The notes beneath the pieces were generated by a model. It made no database searches and was not told where the DNA came from. It saw only the letters and a list, made by a program, of their open reading frames with translations. Positions 1 to 11,251 of a DNA stretch of 64,000 bases are shown one piece after another. Positions within the stretch are counted from its first letter, which is position 1. Each line of letters starts with the position of its first letter. Location: the NCBI GenBank assembly GCA_036268875.1, contig DATATI010000034.1, positions 25,875-89,874 on the forward strand, in the 5' to 3' direction. The stretch comes from Polyangia bacterium (GTDB taxonomy: Bacteria; Myxococcota_A; Polyangia; Fen-1088). The position numbers were made by a program, and so were the translations under genes.

Positions 1-106
1 AGAACAGCGAGGTGAGCACCACCAGCGGGAGAAAGTATTTGTTACCCGTACCTGCCACGGGCGTGGACGTCTGAACAGAGACGGGAAGGGAGGATCCGCC
101 TGCCAT
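1..106 (-). CDS. partial N-terminus of a hypothetical (hydrophobic, probably membrane) protein; gene continues beyond window start
   Basis: Reverse strand start codon near 104-106 preceded by AGGAG 7 nt upstream; translation MAGGSSLPVSVQTSTPVAGTGNKYFLPLVVLTSLF; not on ORF track because truncated. Confidence 0.3.
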   Translation of the reverse strand, partial: MAGGSSLPVSVQTSTPVAGTGNKYFLPLVVLTSLF

Positions 107-212
107 GGGCACGCTCCTAGGTTGTCGGCCAGAAGCCGGACCATAGCTGCGCGGCCGGGACCGGTCAAACCTTAACGGTCCGACCAGCGCGCGTCAGACG
201 ACAGCCATCGCG

Positions 213-740
213 TCAGGCGACAAGCTGGTGTTCCGCATCGGCGGCGCGGTCGGCGGCGCGGTCGGCGGACGGTCGACCAGCGGCGGGATGGGCGATGCCT
301 TCAAAGCCGATGGCCGTCCCGCCGTGCGTGACCAGACGCAGGTGCCCGACCAGATTCACCACCCGGCCGTCCTTGGCCACGATGGTGGTTTTGAAGCGCA
401 TGTCGCCGCGCCCGGCGTTGGCCGCCGCGCGGGCCAGGCGCTGCCGTGCGGCCTCGTGCTGCTCGGGCGGGATCAGATCGAACACCGAGCCGCGCAGAAC
501 GTCGGCGCGAGCAAGACCCGTCACCGCCTGCGAGGCGGCGTTGACCGCGGTGCAGCGGCCTTGGAGATCCATCGCGAACACCACGTCGGTCACGCTGCCG
601 ACCAGATCGGCGTAACGCTCGTCCAGCGTGGCGTGCCGTTCCAGCTGCTGGCGGACCGCTTCGTTGAGGTGGTCCACCTGGCGGCGCAGGACGATCACCC
701 AAACCGCGAACAACCCCACCAACGCGCACAGCCAGCCCAT
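213..740 (-). CDS. PAS domain sensor protein with N-terminal TM helix
   Basis: N-terminal hydrophobic helix (LCALVGLFAVWVIVL) followed by PAS-like fold (VFAMDLQGRCTAVNAASQAVTG...FDLIPPE); divergent from ECF sigma gene. Confidence 0.55.
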   Translation of the reverse strand: MGWLCALVGLFAVWVIVLRRQVDHLNEAVRQQLERHATLDERYADLVGSVTDVVFAMDLQGRCTAVNAASQAVTGLARADVLRGSVFDLIPPEQHEAARQRLARAAANAGRGDMRFKTTIVAKDGRVVNLVGHLRLVTHGGTAIGFEGIAHPAAGRPSADRAADRAADAEHQLVA

Positions 741-872
741 GAGCGTCGGTATTCATCGACCGGGCGGGCGACGACTTGAGTGCTTGGGCGGTTTTTGCGC
801 GGCGCCTGTAATAACCGTCCACCTCGGCACCTCCTTAACGGACAGGCATCTATTTTCGTGGAGTCAAAGCCC

Positions 873-1487
873 ATGCCCGCCTCGACCAACGCCCACCTCG
901 CCCCTGCCACCCCGCGCGCCGGCGATTGCCCGTGTACGGCAACCGAACGCGGCAGTTTCGTGGCCTGGGTGGGCCGCCTGGTGCACGACCACCGCGCCCA
1001 CCTGGCGCGCGTCGCTCGTCGCGAAGGCGTCAGCGCGGAAGACGCCTTCGACCTGGTCCAGGAAGCCTTTCAGACTTTTCTCACGCTGCCGCAGGCGCGC
1101 AGGCTGGTCGACGCGCGCGACGAGTCCGCCAAGCTTCTGACCGTGCTGGTGCGCAACGCCGCCCGCAATCGCCGCCGGCTGGCCGCCGTGGTCCGCCCGC
1201 ACGACAGCGACGCCGCCGCGCTGGACGCGCTGCCCGCGCAGACGCCGTCGGTGGACCAGCTCATCGCCGCGGCCGAGGACGAGATCAAGCTGCGCGGCTG
1301 CGTGCAGAGCCTCAGCGACGTCCAGCGCATGGTGGTCACGCTGCGCATGCTGGACGAGGTCGACGGCGACGATGCCGCCCGCACCCTGGGCATCACGCCC
1401 GGCCACGTCGCGGTGCTCTTGCACCGGGCGAAGGCGAACCTGCAAGCGTGCATGACGGCGGAGAGCCCGCTGCCCGCAAGCCCGTGA
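873..1487 (+). CDS. ECF-type RNA polymerase sigma-70 factor
   Basis: Sigma-70 region 2 (DLVQEAFQTF) and region 4 HTH (RMVVTLRMLDEVDGDDAARTLGITPGHVAVLLHRAKANL); ATG at 873 preceded by GGAG; ORF track 780 is an upstream extension. Confidence 0.8.
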   Translation: MPASTNAHLAPATPRAGDCPCTATERGSFVAWVGRLVHDHRAHLARVARREGVSAEDAFDLVQEAFQTFLTLPQARRLVDARDESAKLLTVLVRNAARNRRRLAAVVRPHDSDAAALDALPAQTPSVDQLIAAAEDEIKLRGCVQSLSDVQRMVVTLRMLDEVDGDDAARTLGITPGHVAVLLHRAKANLQACMTAESPLPASP

Positions 1488-1512
1488 AAACGACCGAAGG
1501 AGAAGCAACGAC

Positions 1513-1845
1513 ATGGCCAACGAAAACGTCATCGAGATCAACGACACCAACTTTGAAGAGCAGGCGCTGAAGTCGCCGGTGCCGGTGCTGATCGATTTCA
1601 CCGCCGCCTGGTGCGCGCCTTGCCGGATGATCGCCCCGCACATCGACGCCATCGCCGACGCCTATGCCGGCCGCCTGCGGGTCGGCAAGTGTGACGTCGA
1701 CGCCAACCCCGAGCTGACCGCCAAGCTGGACGTGCGCAGCATGCCCACGCTGATGGTCTTCAAGAACGGTCAGGTGGTCGGCCACATGATCGGCGCAGCG
1801 CCGCGGGCGAAACTGGAAGCGCTGGTGACGCGGGCCCTCGGCTGA
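1513..1845 (+). CDS. trxA: thioredoxin
   Basis: 110 aa, thioredoxin fold with WCAPC active site (variant of WCGPC), RBS GAAGGAG upstream. Confidence 0.9.
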   Translation: MANENVIEINDTNFEEQALKSPVPVLIDFTAAWCAPCRMIAPHIDAIADAYAGRLRVGKCDVDANPELTAKLDVRSMPTLMVFKNGQVVGHMIGAAPRAKLEALVTRALG

Positions 1846-3588
1846 TCAGCCGCGGCCGGCCGCCTTGGGCGCTTCGGCCCAGGCGCGCAGTTGGTCCGGC
1901 GACCAGCTGTTGGCGACGCGGGCCGGATCGATCCAGGCGCGCTCGGCGTTCAGCTTGGCGAAGTCAACGCGGGCAAGCTCGTCGGTGTCGTGGGCGTCGC
2001 TGCTGAGCACGAACGTCACCGCCTGTTCCCGTCCGCGCCGCAGCCACTCGACCGACAGATCCAGCCGCGGCAAGGCGCCGTTCACTTCCAATGCGGTGCC
2101 GGTGGCGACGGCGGCGCCGAAGATGGCGTCGGGATCGAGATCGATTGGCGGCCGACCGCCGATCATGCGCGCCGACAGGTGGCCGATCATGCGCACGCTG
2201 GGATCCTGCATGGCCGTCACCACTCGACGGGTCTGCGCGGCGCGATCGAGATCGAAGTGATCGTGGACCGACGCCAGGCACCAGTCGAATTGCTGGCGAA
2301 ACGCCAGGTCGTAGTCCAGCTCGCCGGCGGGGCCGATGTTCAGCTCGATCCCGTGCAGGAGGCGCAAAGAATCGCCGAGAGCGAGCTGCCGCTCCTGGAT
2401 GCGCGCGCGCTGAGCCAGCAACGCCTCGCGGCCGACGCCGGCGCGCGTGCCCTCGGCGTGCTCGGTGATGGCCAGGACGCGCAAGCGCCGCGCCTTCGCT
2501 GCGGCGATCACCTCGTCCAGCGACGATTGCGCATCGCCTGAAGTCGACGTGTGCACATGAAAGTCGCCGACCACGTCACCGATCGGACGCGGCAAGGCGC
2601 CGGCCAGGGCGGCTTCGATCTCGCCGGCATCCTCGCGCAGGACCGGCGGGACGAACGGCAGGCCCAGGGCCGCATAGATCTGCTCCTCGGTCTCGCTGGC
2701 GACCACGCGACCACCGTCGATGGCGCAGAGCGCGTATTCGTTCAACGTCAGCCCGCGAACCAGCGCGCGCTGGCGCAACCTTATGTTGTGACCCTTCGAA
2801 CCCGTGAAGTACAAAAGCGCCGCGCCCAGCTGGTGCGCCGCCACCACCCGCACGTCGACCTGCGTCCCGCGGTGGGTGACCACGCTGGTCTTGGCGTCGC
2901 CTTGCACGAGGACCCGTTCCACCAGCGGCATCGCCACCAGCGCCGCCATCACCGGCCCCGGCGCCTGCGCCGCCACCACGATGTCCACGTCACCGACGGT
3001 CTCGGAGAACCGCCGCAGCGATCCGCAGATCGCGACCTGGCTGACGCCGTCCACCTCCGACAGCTTGGCCACGATCCGCGCGGCCAGCGGGTGGGCGACG
3101 GAGATGGGCGTGCGTCCGGCAGCGCCTTGCGCATCCAAGCGAGCCACCGCCCGCACCAGGTTGTCCTCTGATTTGGGGCCGAACCCTTTCAGCCCGCGCA
3201 GCAGATGCCCGGTCAGCACCGCCCGCAGATCATCCAGCGAGTTGACGCCCAGCTCGGAGCGCAACCGCTGCAAGGCCTTCGGTCCAAGACCCTGAATGCG
3301 CAGCAGCGCCACCACCGAAGGCGGGTGCTTTTGCCGCAGCAGCTCCAGCTTCGCCACCTTGCCGGTCTGGACCAGCTCGCGAATCTTTTCCGCGGTGCTC
3401 TTGCCGATGCCTTCGATCTGCTGCAGCTCCTTCGCGCTCAGCAGCCCCGGATCCTTGGCCAGCGTCTCGATGGCGTTGGACGCGCTCTCGTAGGCCCGCA
3501 CCCGAAACGACTGCGGATCCCCCTCTTCCAACATGGTCAGCTCCGCCAGCTCGCGCAGCATGTCCAAAACATCGCCCTTCCGATCCAC
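1846..3588 (-). CDS. DNA polymerase X family protein with C-terminal PHP phosphoesterase domain
   Basis: N-terminal HhH/Pol-beta-like region (GIGKSTAEKIRELVQTGK), nucleotidyltransferase core, C-terminal PHP (HVHTSTSGD...HAEG...) ; 580 aa typical of bacterial PolX. Confidence 0.85.
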   Translation of the reverse strand: MDRKGDVLDMLRELAELTMLEEGDPQSFRVRAYESASNAIETLAKDPGLLSAKELQQIEGIGKSTAEKIRELVQTGKVAKLELLRQKHPPSVVALLRIQGLGPKALQRLRSELGVNSLDDLRAVLTGHLLRGLKGFGPKSEDNLVRAVARLDAQGAAGRTPISVAHPLAARIVAKLSEVDGVSQVAICGSLRRFSETVGDVDIVVAAQAPGPVMAALVAMPLVERVLVQGDAKTSVVTHRGTQVDVRVVAAHQLGAALLYFTGSKGHNIRLRQRALVRGLTLNEYALCAIDGGRVVASETEEQIYAALGLPFVPPVLREDAGEIEAALAGALPRPIGDVVGDFHVHTSTSGDAQSSLDEVIAAAKARRLRVLAITEHAEGTRAGVGREALLAQRARIQERQLALGDSLRLLHGIELNIGPAGELDYDLAFRQQFDWCLASVHDHFDLDRAAQTRRVVTAMQDPSVRMIGHLSARMIGGRPPIDLDPDAIFGAAVATGTALEVNGALPRLDLSVEWLRRGREQAVTFVLSSDAHDTDELARVDFAKLNAERAWIDPARVANSWSPDQLRAWAEAPKAAGRG

Positions 3589-3819
3589 CTGCCAGGTTTA
3601 CGCCATTCCCGATCCAGCGCGCGACAATTTCAACCGTCTGCCGGGGGACCGGCTCGCTGCCGCTCGCGGTGCCCCGGGCCCCCTCACTGCGCGCGGCAAA
3701 GCCGCTCTACGTTCGCCTTCATATCGAACGCCAGCTATCGAGCGTCGGCGTTTCCATCCAGGAGGCGCGGCTCTGCTGCGCCGGCTCACTTTGCGCGGGC
3801 AATCCGTTGGGGGGCCGCT

Positions 3820-3838
3820 GGGGGGATTTAATCCCCCC
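3820..3838 (-). terminator. GC hairpin (GGGGGGAT-tta-ATCCCCCC) immediately 3' of lipoprotein gene; no U-tract
   Basis: 8-bp perfect stem, 3-nt loop, 9 nt downstream of minus-strand stop at 3847-3849. Confidence 0.3.
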
Positions 3839-3846
3839 ACGCGCCT

Positions 3847-4656
3847 TTAATTCGCCTGACGCCACACCGTCATCACGTGGTTCCAGCCGGCGCAGGCTTT
3901 GAAACCGCTGGACTGGTTCGGGTAGTCGGCGGCGGTGCAGTAATCCTTGCAATAACCGTCGCCGCCGGAGAACGGATCGACGTACGGCGCGTTCTTCTGC
4001 TTAGCACCGATGCGGCCGGGGACGACATCAACGTTGTATGCGATGCCGTTGCAATAGTACGCGGCGACCTTGCTCGGGTCGGTGCCGTGCGCGCCGGTGA
4101 CGAAGATGTTGCCGAAGAACGAACCTTCCTGGTTCGGATAGCTGGCATTGAGTCCCCAGCCCACCGACCGATCGGCCGACACAACCCAAAGCGGAATGTG
4201 CACGCCGGCGGTGTTGACGTGGGCCAGCATGCAGGACGACATCGTCTCCTGGCAGGCGCTGTCGCAGGCACCATCTTTCCATTGCGGCGCCAGGCCCATC
4301 TCGCCGGGGAAGGTGTACGAGTTGCCGTACTGGTCTTTCTTGACCACGCTGGTCCCGGCCGCGAGTGCGCAGCGAACCAGATACGCCACCGTGTTGCGCC
4401 CCGAATCGCTGGTCATCAAACCGTTCGTCGACGACAGTCCATTGCCCGTCGCCAGACCGTTGCCGGTGGCCAGTCCATTGCCCGTCGCCAGGCCGTTGGT
4501 CGAGCTGAGCCCGTTGATGGATGAGAGACCATTGGTGGTCTTCAGCAGGGAGTGGACGCCTTCGCCGCCCTCTTCGCCACTGAGATCCGCGCACCCGATC
4601 GATAGCAATGCCAAACCGACCGATACCATCCGTGCAACGCGAGGGAGCTTCTTCAT
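3847..4656 (-). CDS. secreted lipoprotein with NGL(S/A)(S/T)x hexapeptide tandem repeats
   Basis: Signal peptide plus lipobox (LLSIGC); seven tandem NGLSSI/NGLSST/NGLATG units; Cys-rich C-terminal domain; start set at MKKLPRV (track 4674 minus 18). Confidence 0.6.
   Translation of the reverse strand: MKKLPRVARMVSVGLALLSIGCADLSGEEGGEGVHSLLKTTNGLSSINGLSSTNGLATGNGLATGNGLATGNGLSSTNGLMTSDSGRNTVAYLVRCALAAGTSVVKKDQYGNSYTFPGEMGLAPQWKDGACDSACQETMSSCMLAHVNTAGVHIPLWVVSADRSVGWGLNASYPNQEGSFFGNIFVTGAHGTDPSKVAAYYCNGIAYNVDVVPGRIGAKQKNAPYVDPFSGGDGYCKDYCTAADYPNQSSGFKACAGWNHVMTVWRQAN
4410..4535 (-). repeat. about 7 tandem 18-nt coding repeats (hexapeptide NGLxxx)
   Basis: Visible periodicity ccattgcccgtcgccag(a/g)ccgttgcc... 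on plus strand; encodes NGLSSINGLSSTNGLATGNGLATGNGLATGNGLSSTNGLMTS. Confidence 0.6.
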
Positions 4657-4886
4657 GGTTAACGAACATTGCAATATGAATGCTAGATTACTAAAATATT
4701 TTACCTAGATCAGATCCTCGGAATGACACGCGTTTCTCTGACGACATTCGCTGGTTTGTCTCCGACCGGCGTTGTTTCTGTTGCCGCCCAGTCCACGGAA
4801 GATCCGCGGCACGCCTGATTGAACGGCAACTTCGCCCAACGTCGATCCGAACTCTGGGTGTCGTTTATGATAAAAGGAGGCCGCCC

Positions 4887-5369
4887 ATGGGAAGCGTCAA
4901 TAAAGTCATCTTGATCGGCAATCTGGGAGCAGACCCCGAACTGAAGTACACCCCCAGCAGTCGCCCGCTCTGCAACCTGCGCATCGCCACCACCGACGTC
5001 TTCAAAGACAAAGGCGGCCAGCGGCAAGAACGCACAGAATGGCACCGCGTCACGGTCTGGGGAGACCAGGCGGAGAATTGCTCGAAGTACCTTTCCAAGG
5101 GTCGGTCGGTCTACATCGAGGGGCGTCTACAAACGCGCTCGTATGACAAGGATGGACAGAAGCACTACGCCACCGACGTGGTGGCCGATCGCGTGGTCTT
5201 CTTGGGCAGCGGCGGTGGCGCCGGCGCAGGCGCGGGAGAAGGCGGCGGGCGGCGACCGACTGCCGGCAATCCGCCTGCGGGTGGCGGCGGCGGACGAAGC
5301 GGCGGTTATGAAGGCCCGGCCGACGACGGCGCCGGTCCGCCTCCATCCGACGACGACATCCCGTTCTAG
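4887..5369 (+). CDS. ssb: single-stranded DNA-binding protein
   Basis: OB-fold N-terminus ([17 protein letters not shown]...WHRVTVWG), Gly-rich linker, acidic C-terminal DDDIPF tip; strong RBS AAAGGAGG. Confidence 0.92.
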   Translation: MGSVNKVILIGNLGADPELKYTPSSRPLCNLRIATTDVFKDKGGQRQERTEWHRVTVWGDQAENCSKYLSKGRSVYIEGRLQTRSYDKDGQKHYATDVVADRVVFLGSGGGAGAGAGEGGGRRPTAGNPPAGGGGGRSGGYEGPADDGAGPPPSDDDIPF

Positions 5370-5461
5370 CCGCTCAACCAAGCGCGGCCGCCCTCGGCAG
5401 CTTTCCCTTGCTGGAAGGCGTCGGTTGATGTCCAATCACGTCCTTTTTCGGGAGAAACATT

Positions 5462-7315
5462 TTGCATCGAGAGCGTCGACCGAAGAAGTACGGGTATGGT
5501 TTTGTCGCCGGGCTGTGCGCGCTGACCGCGATGGCCGCCCTGGTCGGCTGCGGTGATAGCCACCTTGGTGCCTACTATGACGGCGGTCGACACGATGGCG
5601 GATTGGATAGCGTCGAGGTCCGACGGGACACCAACACCACCGTTGACGCCGGCCCGCCGCCCGCGGTTGGCCCAGGCTCGGTGCTGCTGGTGCCGGGCAA
5701 CGCCAGGCTGGTGGGTCACGGCAAAGACAGCTGTTCGAACCAATCACCAGCGACGTCCGATCGCTGGTGCGCTTTTTCACGGCCGTCCTCGTTTCTGGGC
5801 CTCTCTGATCTCTGGGTCATCAACGTCACACAGGCGCTGGCCGGCAAGACCATCGCATGCGACGGCAACGACGCCAACTGCCTGCGGCTGAGCAGCAACG
5901 TGTTCGACGGCGATCTGACCATGCACGGCTTCGGCGGCGACACGCTGATCTATTACGCCGACAACCTCGGCGACAGCATGAACTTCATCGGAACCGTCTT
6001 CGCCTGGCGGCCCGAGTGGGTGGTCCCGCGCGCGCTGACCAGCCAGACCGGGCTTACCTGCCAGGCGCATCCGACCGCGCAGTCAGTGATCTGCATCGAG
6101 AACCCGGTCACCGACGCGACCACCCAGAATTTCATGCTGGATCTGACCGGCGGAACGCTGGGCCCCACCAACAACGGCCCGGTGCCCAAGCTGGACACCG
6201 TCCTTTATTCCGCTCCCAACGATCCGACCAACATCACCAAGTTTCAGGCTGGCTTCACGCCGGCAGGGGACGTGGCATTGTGGTCGGCGCGTACCACGCC
6301 CACCGGCCCGGAGATCTTGAACAGCCAGACATTGAACGACGCCAGCACGCGCCAGGTGGTCGCGCAGGACGTGGCCCACTGGCAGGTCTCCAATGACAGC
6401 TCGTCGTGGTACTGGCTGAAGTCGTTCAATTACTCGACCACCGGCGCCGACTCGGGGACGTTACAGGTGGCGCCGTATCCCGCCGGAACGCCTGCCACCG
6501 TCGTGCTGACCGGCGTCGGCGAGTACACCGCCGTCGGCAGCAAAAGCGTGGTAGTCCGCGCCGGCCTCACCCAAGGCGCCGGCACTTTGAAGTTGATCGG
6601 CGACATCACCGACGTCGCCGGCACCAGCAAGACGTTCGATACGGGCGTGCTCGCGACCTGGGACATGTCGGCCGACGGCACCACCGTTCTTTATTCGAAG
6701 ACCAACACCGGCTCGCTTTACGACATGTACCTGGGCAGCGTCACCAAGGCCATGCCCTGCCCGCTGGCCACCACGGCCGTCGCCCTTGGCTTCGGACACC
6801 TGGCGCCGAACACCCTGACTGCGGCCTGGGTGAAGGCCATCAACCAGAATGATACCGGCGCCTACTACACCACGTTCGACAAGTGCGTCTCGAACCAGTT
6901 CGGCATCAACATCGTCACCTTCGATGCCGTCGGCGACCAGGGGTACGTCTACGAGGACGATGGGGACGCCACGCTGCCGATAGGAACGTTGCGGTATAAC
7001 CAGATCGTAAATGGCGTGCTCAGCGCCACCGGCGCGCAGGTGCAGACGAACGCCAGCGCCACCGTTTCATTGCTGTGGCCGGCGCACTCGGCGGTGGTTT
7101 ACTCGATCAACGCCAACAACGCGACGGACGGCGTGTACGTCAACGCCATGCTGCCCTTCACAGAAACCGTCCCCCCGCCCGGAGCCGACGGCGGCACCGA
7201 GACCGGCACGGACAGCCCCGCGGCCGACACCGCGTCGCCCAGCGACGCGGGCGCTGCCGACGCCGCGGAAACCGCCACCGACACCGCGGCCAGCGACACC
7301 GGCAGCGGCGGTTGA
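5462..7315 (+). CDS. large secreted lipoprotein, function unknown, acidic Thr/Ala/Asp-rich C-terminal tail
   Basis: Positively charged n-region, hydrophobic core and lipobox LVGCGDS; 617 aa; no recognisable catalytic motif. Confidence 0.55.
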   Translation: MHRERRPKKYGYGFVAGLCALTAMAALVGCGDSHLGAYYDGGRHDGGLDSVEVRRDTNTTVDAGPPPAVGPGSVLLVPGNARLVGHGKDSCSNQSPATSDRWCAFSRPSSFLGLSDLWVINVTQALAGKTIACDGNDANCLRLSSNVFDGDLTMHGFGGDTLIYYADNLGDSMNFIGTVFAWRPEWVVPRALTSQTGLTCQAHPTAQSVICIENPVTDATTQNFMLDLTGGTLGPTNNGPVPKLDTVLYSAPNDPTNITKFQAGFTPAGDVALWSARTTPTGPEILNSQTLNDASTRQVVAQDVAHWQVSNDSSSWYWLKSFNYSTTGADSGTLQVAPYPAGTPATVVLTGVGEYTAVGSKSVVVRAGLTQGAGTLKLIGDITDVAGTSKTFDTGVLATWDMSADGTTVLYSKTNTGSLYDMYLGSVTKAMPCPLATTAVALGFGHLAPNTLTAAWVKAINQNDTGAYYTTFDKCVSNQFGINIVTFDAVGDQGYVYEDDGDATLPIGTLRYNQIVNGVLSATGAQVQTNASATVSLLWPAHSAVVYSINANNATDGVYVNAMLPFTETVPPPGADGGTETGTDSPAADTASPSDAGAADAAETATDTAASDTGSGG

Positions 7316-7423
7316 ACGGAAAAGACCGCGGCCGCCGGGCTTTCGAGCACCCGGGTGCGATCGCAGCGGCCAGCCACTTGAGGGGTAACGAACTTTCGCC
7401 GATGAATCCTCTCGGATAGCATC

Positions 7424-8389
7424 ATGTCGGTGCCTGGTCGCTCCCTTCCGCTGGTGGTCGTCGTCGCTGCCCTTCTGGTTTCGACTGAAGGTGGCAGCGA
7501 CGGCACACGCGCGGCCACCCTGCCGACGGCGAAAGAGGCGCGCGACCGCCTGGTGGCCGGCGAAGGGAACGACTTCGACGTGGCGACGGCGGTCGCGCCC
7601 GGCCTCGCCGATCTGTCGGGGTTCTCGCCCGGCCACGGGCCACGCACGCGCTTCGGCGCCGCCCAGCACGGGCGTCAACTTCTGCTCTCGTTCGACGACG
7701 GCCCCGATCTGAAAGGGACGCCGCTGATTCTGGAAGAGCTGGACCGCCGCGGCTTGAAGGCCATCTTCTTCGTCACCGGCTGGCGCTTCGCCGGCCAGCG
7801 TCCGGAGGACCTGGCCCGCCGCGATCTGCTGCGCAAGATCGCCAGCCACGGCCATCTGGTGGCCAACCACACCTTCAGCCACCACAACCTCTGCGACAAC
7901 CCCGACGAGACCGCCAGCCAGATCGACGACAACTCGGAGCTCATCGCCGAGGTCACCGGCGTGCGGCCGCAGCTTTTTCGAGCGCCCTACGGCGCCTTCT
8001 GCCACAGCCTGGACGTCGCGCTGGCGGCCCGCCAGCTGGTCGACATCGGCTGGAATCTGGATCCCCAAGACTGGAAGAACAACACGCCGGAACGGATCGT
8101 CGCCTACCTGACCAATAAGCTGACCAAGCTGGAAGGCCGGGGGATTTTGCTGATGCACGACACGCACGCCGCCTCGGTGCGCGCGCTGCCCGAGGTGCTG
8201 GACTGGCTGGCCCGCGAGAACCGCCGCGCCGTCGAGCAAGGCCGCGCCCCCATCGAGATCATCGACTACCGCGCGGTGTTGCCGCCCCGATCGCTGGCCC
8301 AAAGCGGTGTCGAGACCATCGTCGGCCGCCTGGTCGACGATGTCGCACCGGCCGTGGCGCGGCTTTGGCCCGCGCCACACAGTCTATGA
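7424..8389 (+). CDS. polysaccharide deacetylase (NodB homology domain) family protein, secreted
   Basis: Signal peptide; NodB motifs LLLSFDDGP, HGHLVANHTFSHHNL, ILLMHD. Confidence 0.8.
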   Translation: MSVPGRSLPLVVVVAALLVSTEGGSDGTRAATLPTAKEARDRLVAGEGNDFDVATAVAPGLADLSGFSPGHGPRTRFGAAQHGRQLLLSFDDGPDLKGTPLILEELDRRGLKAIFFVTGWRFAGQRPEDLARRDLLRKIASHGHLVANHTFSHHNLCDNPDETASQIDDNSELIAEVTGVRPQLFRAPYGAFCHSLDVALAARQLVDIGWNLDPQDWKNNTPERIVAYLTNKLTKLEGRGILLMHDTHAASVRALPEVLDWLARENRRAVEQGRAPIEIIDYRAVLPPRSLAQSGVETIVGRLVDDVAPAVARLWPAPHSL

Positions 8390-8392
8390 ATC

Positions 8393-9421
8393 ATGTTCGT
8401 CCTGCGCGACGTCGCCCCCGCCGACCTGGACGCGCTGCTGTCGGTGGCCGCGTTCCTGGACACTGTCAATCTGCCTGAAGACCGCGCCTATCTGGCAGCG
8501 CTGATCGCCATGTCGGAAAAATCTTTCGCCGCCGAGATCCCGGTGGCGGATCGACGCTTTGTCTTCGTCCTGTGCGACCCGGACAGCGAACGCGTGGTGG
8601 GTGTGTCAATGATCTTCGCTCAGCATGGCAGCCGCCGCGCGCCGCACATCTTCTTTGACGTCATCCACGAAGAACGTTACAGCGAAAGCCTGGATCGGCA
8701 CTTTGCCCATCAGGTGCTGCGCATCGGGTACAACTATAAAGGACTGACCGAGATCGGCGGCCTGGTCTTGCTGCCGGAGTACCGCCGCCACCGCGATCAG
8801 CTTGGCCGCTTGCTGTCGTACGTGCGCTTTCTCTACATCGCCATGAACCGACGCGTGTTCTGCGACGAGGTGGTGTCTGAATTGATGCCGCCGCTCGAGC
8901 CGAACGGCACCAGCCTGCTGTGGGAATCGCTGGGCCGGCAGTTCACCGGCCTTTCGTATCAAGAGGCGGATCGCCTGTCGCAGACCAACAAGGAATTCAT
9001 CCGCGCGCTGTTCCCCCAGGATCCGCTGTACGCCACCTTGCTGCCGCCTCACGTGCAAGAGCTGATCGGCAAGGTGGGCCCCGAAACCCAAAGCGTGGAA
9101 CGCATGCTGCGCGAGATCGGATTCGCCTACGCCCACCGCATCGATCCGTTCGACGGCGGCCCGCACTTTCACGCCCTCACTGACGACATCACGCTGGTCG
9201 CGGCGACGCAGCGGGCGCGCCTGGCGGACGGCGAACCGGCGCCCGACGCGCCCCTGCGCCGCTGTCTGGTGGCCCGCGAATCAAGCGCCGAGCCGCATTT
9301 TATCGCCGTGAAGACGGCGGCCCCGGCCCAGGCGAACGATGGTACCCTGGCGCTGCCTGCCGACGCCCGGCGGACCCTGCGACTGGTGCCGGGCGACGAG
9401 CTGGCCGTTTTGCCCTTCTGA
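8393..9421 (+). CDS. arginine N-succinyltransferase (AstA) family protein
   Basis: 342 aa; matches AstA family landmarks as I remember them (RFVFVLCDPDSERVVGVSMI, LLPEYRRH, IDPFDGGPHFHA...DITLV). Confidence 0.7.
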   Translation: MFVLRDVAPADLDALLSVAAFLDTVNLPEDRAYLAALIAMSEKSFAAEIPVADRRFVFVLCDPDSERVVGVSMIFAQHGSRRAPHIFFDVIHEERYSESLDRHFAHQVLRIGYNYKGLTEIGGLVLLPEYRRHRDQLGRLLSYVRFLYIAMNRRVFCDEVVSELMPPLEPNGTSLLWESLGRQFTGLSYQEADRLSQTNKEFIRALFPQDPLYATLLPPHVQELIGKVGPETQSVERMLREIGFAYAHRIDPFDGGPHFHALTDDITLVAATQRARLADGEPAPDAPLRRCLVARESSAEPHFIAVKTAAPAQANDGTLALPADARRTLRLVPGDELAVLPF

Positions 9422-9448
9422 TTCGTCGCCGGCCGCGTTCTCCCTCGC

Positions 9449-10879
<1,431 letters not shown>

Positions 10880-10890
10880 AGTCGCCGCTG

Positions 10891-11244
10891 ATGATTCGCC
10901 TGGCAGGATTCTTCGGCCTCACCGGGGTGGCGCTGGGCGCGTTCGGCGCCCACGGCCTGCGCGATCACCTGGCCCCCGGCATGCTGGAGGTCTATCGAAC
11001 CGGCGTGCTGTACCAGCTCATCCACGCGGTGGCTTTGCTGGCGGTGGCGCTGGGCGCCGCGCGTCTGCGGCGCGCGCGGGCGGTGGCGACGTTGTTCAGC
11101 GTCGGGATCGTCATCTTCTCCGGGACCCTGTACGCGCTGGCGCTGACTCAAATTCGCGTTCTCGGGGCGATCACTCCGATCGGCGGCTTGTCCTTCATGG
11201 CGGGGTGGGTGCTGCTGATCTCCGAACCGGCGCCAGCGGCGTAG
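10891..11244 (+). CDS. DUF423 family small membrane protein
   Basis: GAFGAHGL motif, 3-4 TM helices, 117 aa. Confidence 0.7.
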   Translation: MIRLAGFFGLTGVALGAFGAHGLRDHLAPGMLEVYRTGVLYQLIHAVALLAVALGAARLRRARAVATLFSVGIVIFSGTLYALALTQIRVLGAITPIGGLSFMAGWVLLISEPAPAA

Positions 11245-11251
11245 CCTCGCG

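Noticed and set aside
864-1652. 262-aa minus-strand ORF spanning sigma factor and trxA
   Set aside because: Antisense to two motif-supported genes.
1513-1845. Thioredoxin with CAPC instead of CGPC active site
   Set aside because: Probably a tolerated natural variant; not enough to flag as novel.
7067-8380. 437-aa minus-strand ORF
   Set aside because: Antisense to the deacetylase and the preceding lipoprotein gene; Arg/Gly/Ala-rich translation typical of high-GC shadow ORFs; no motifs.
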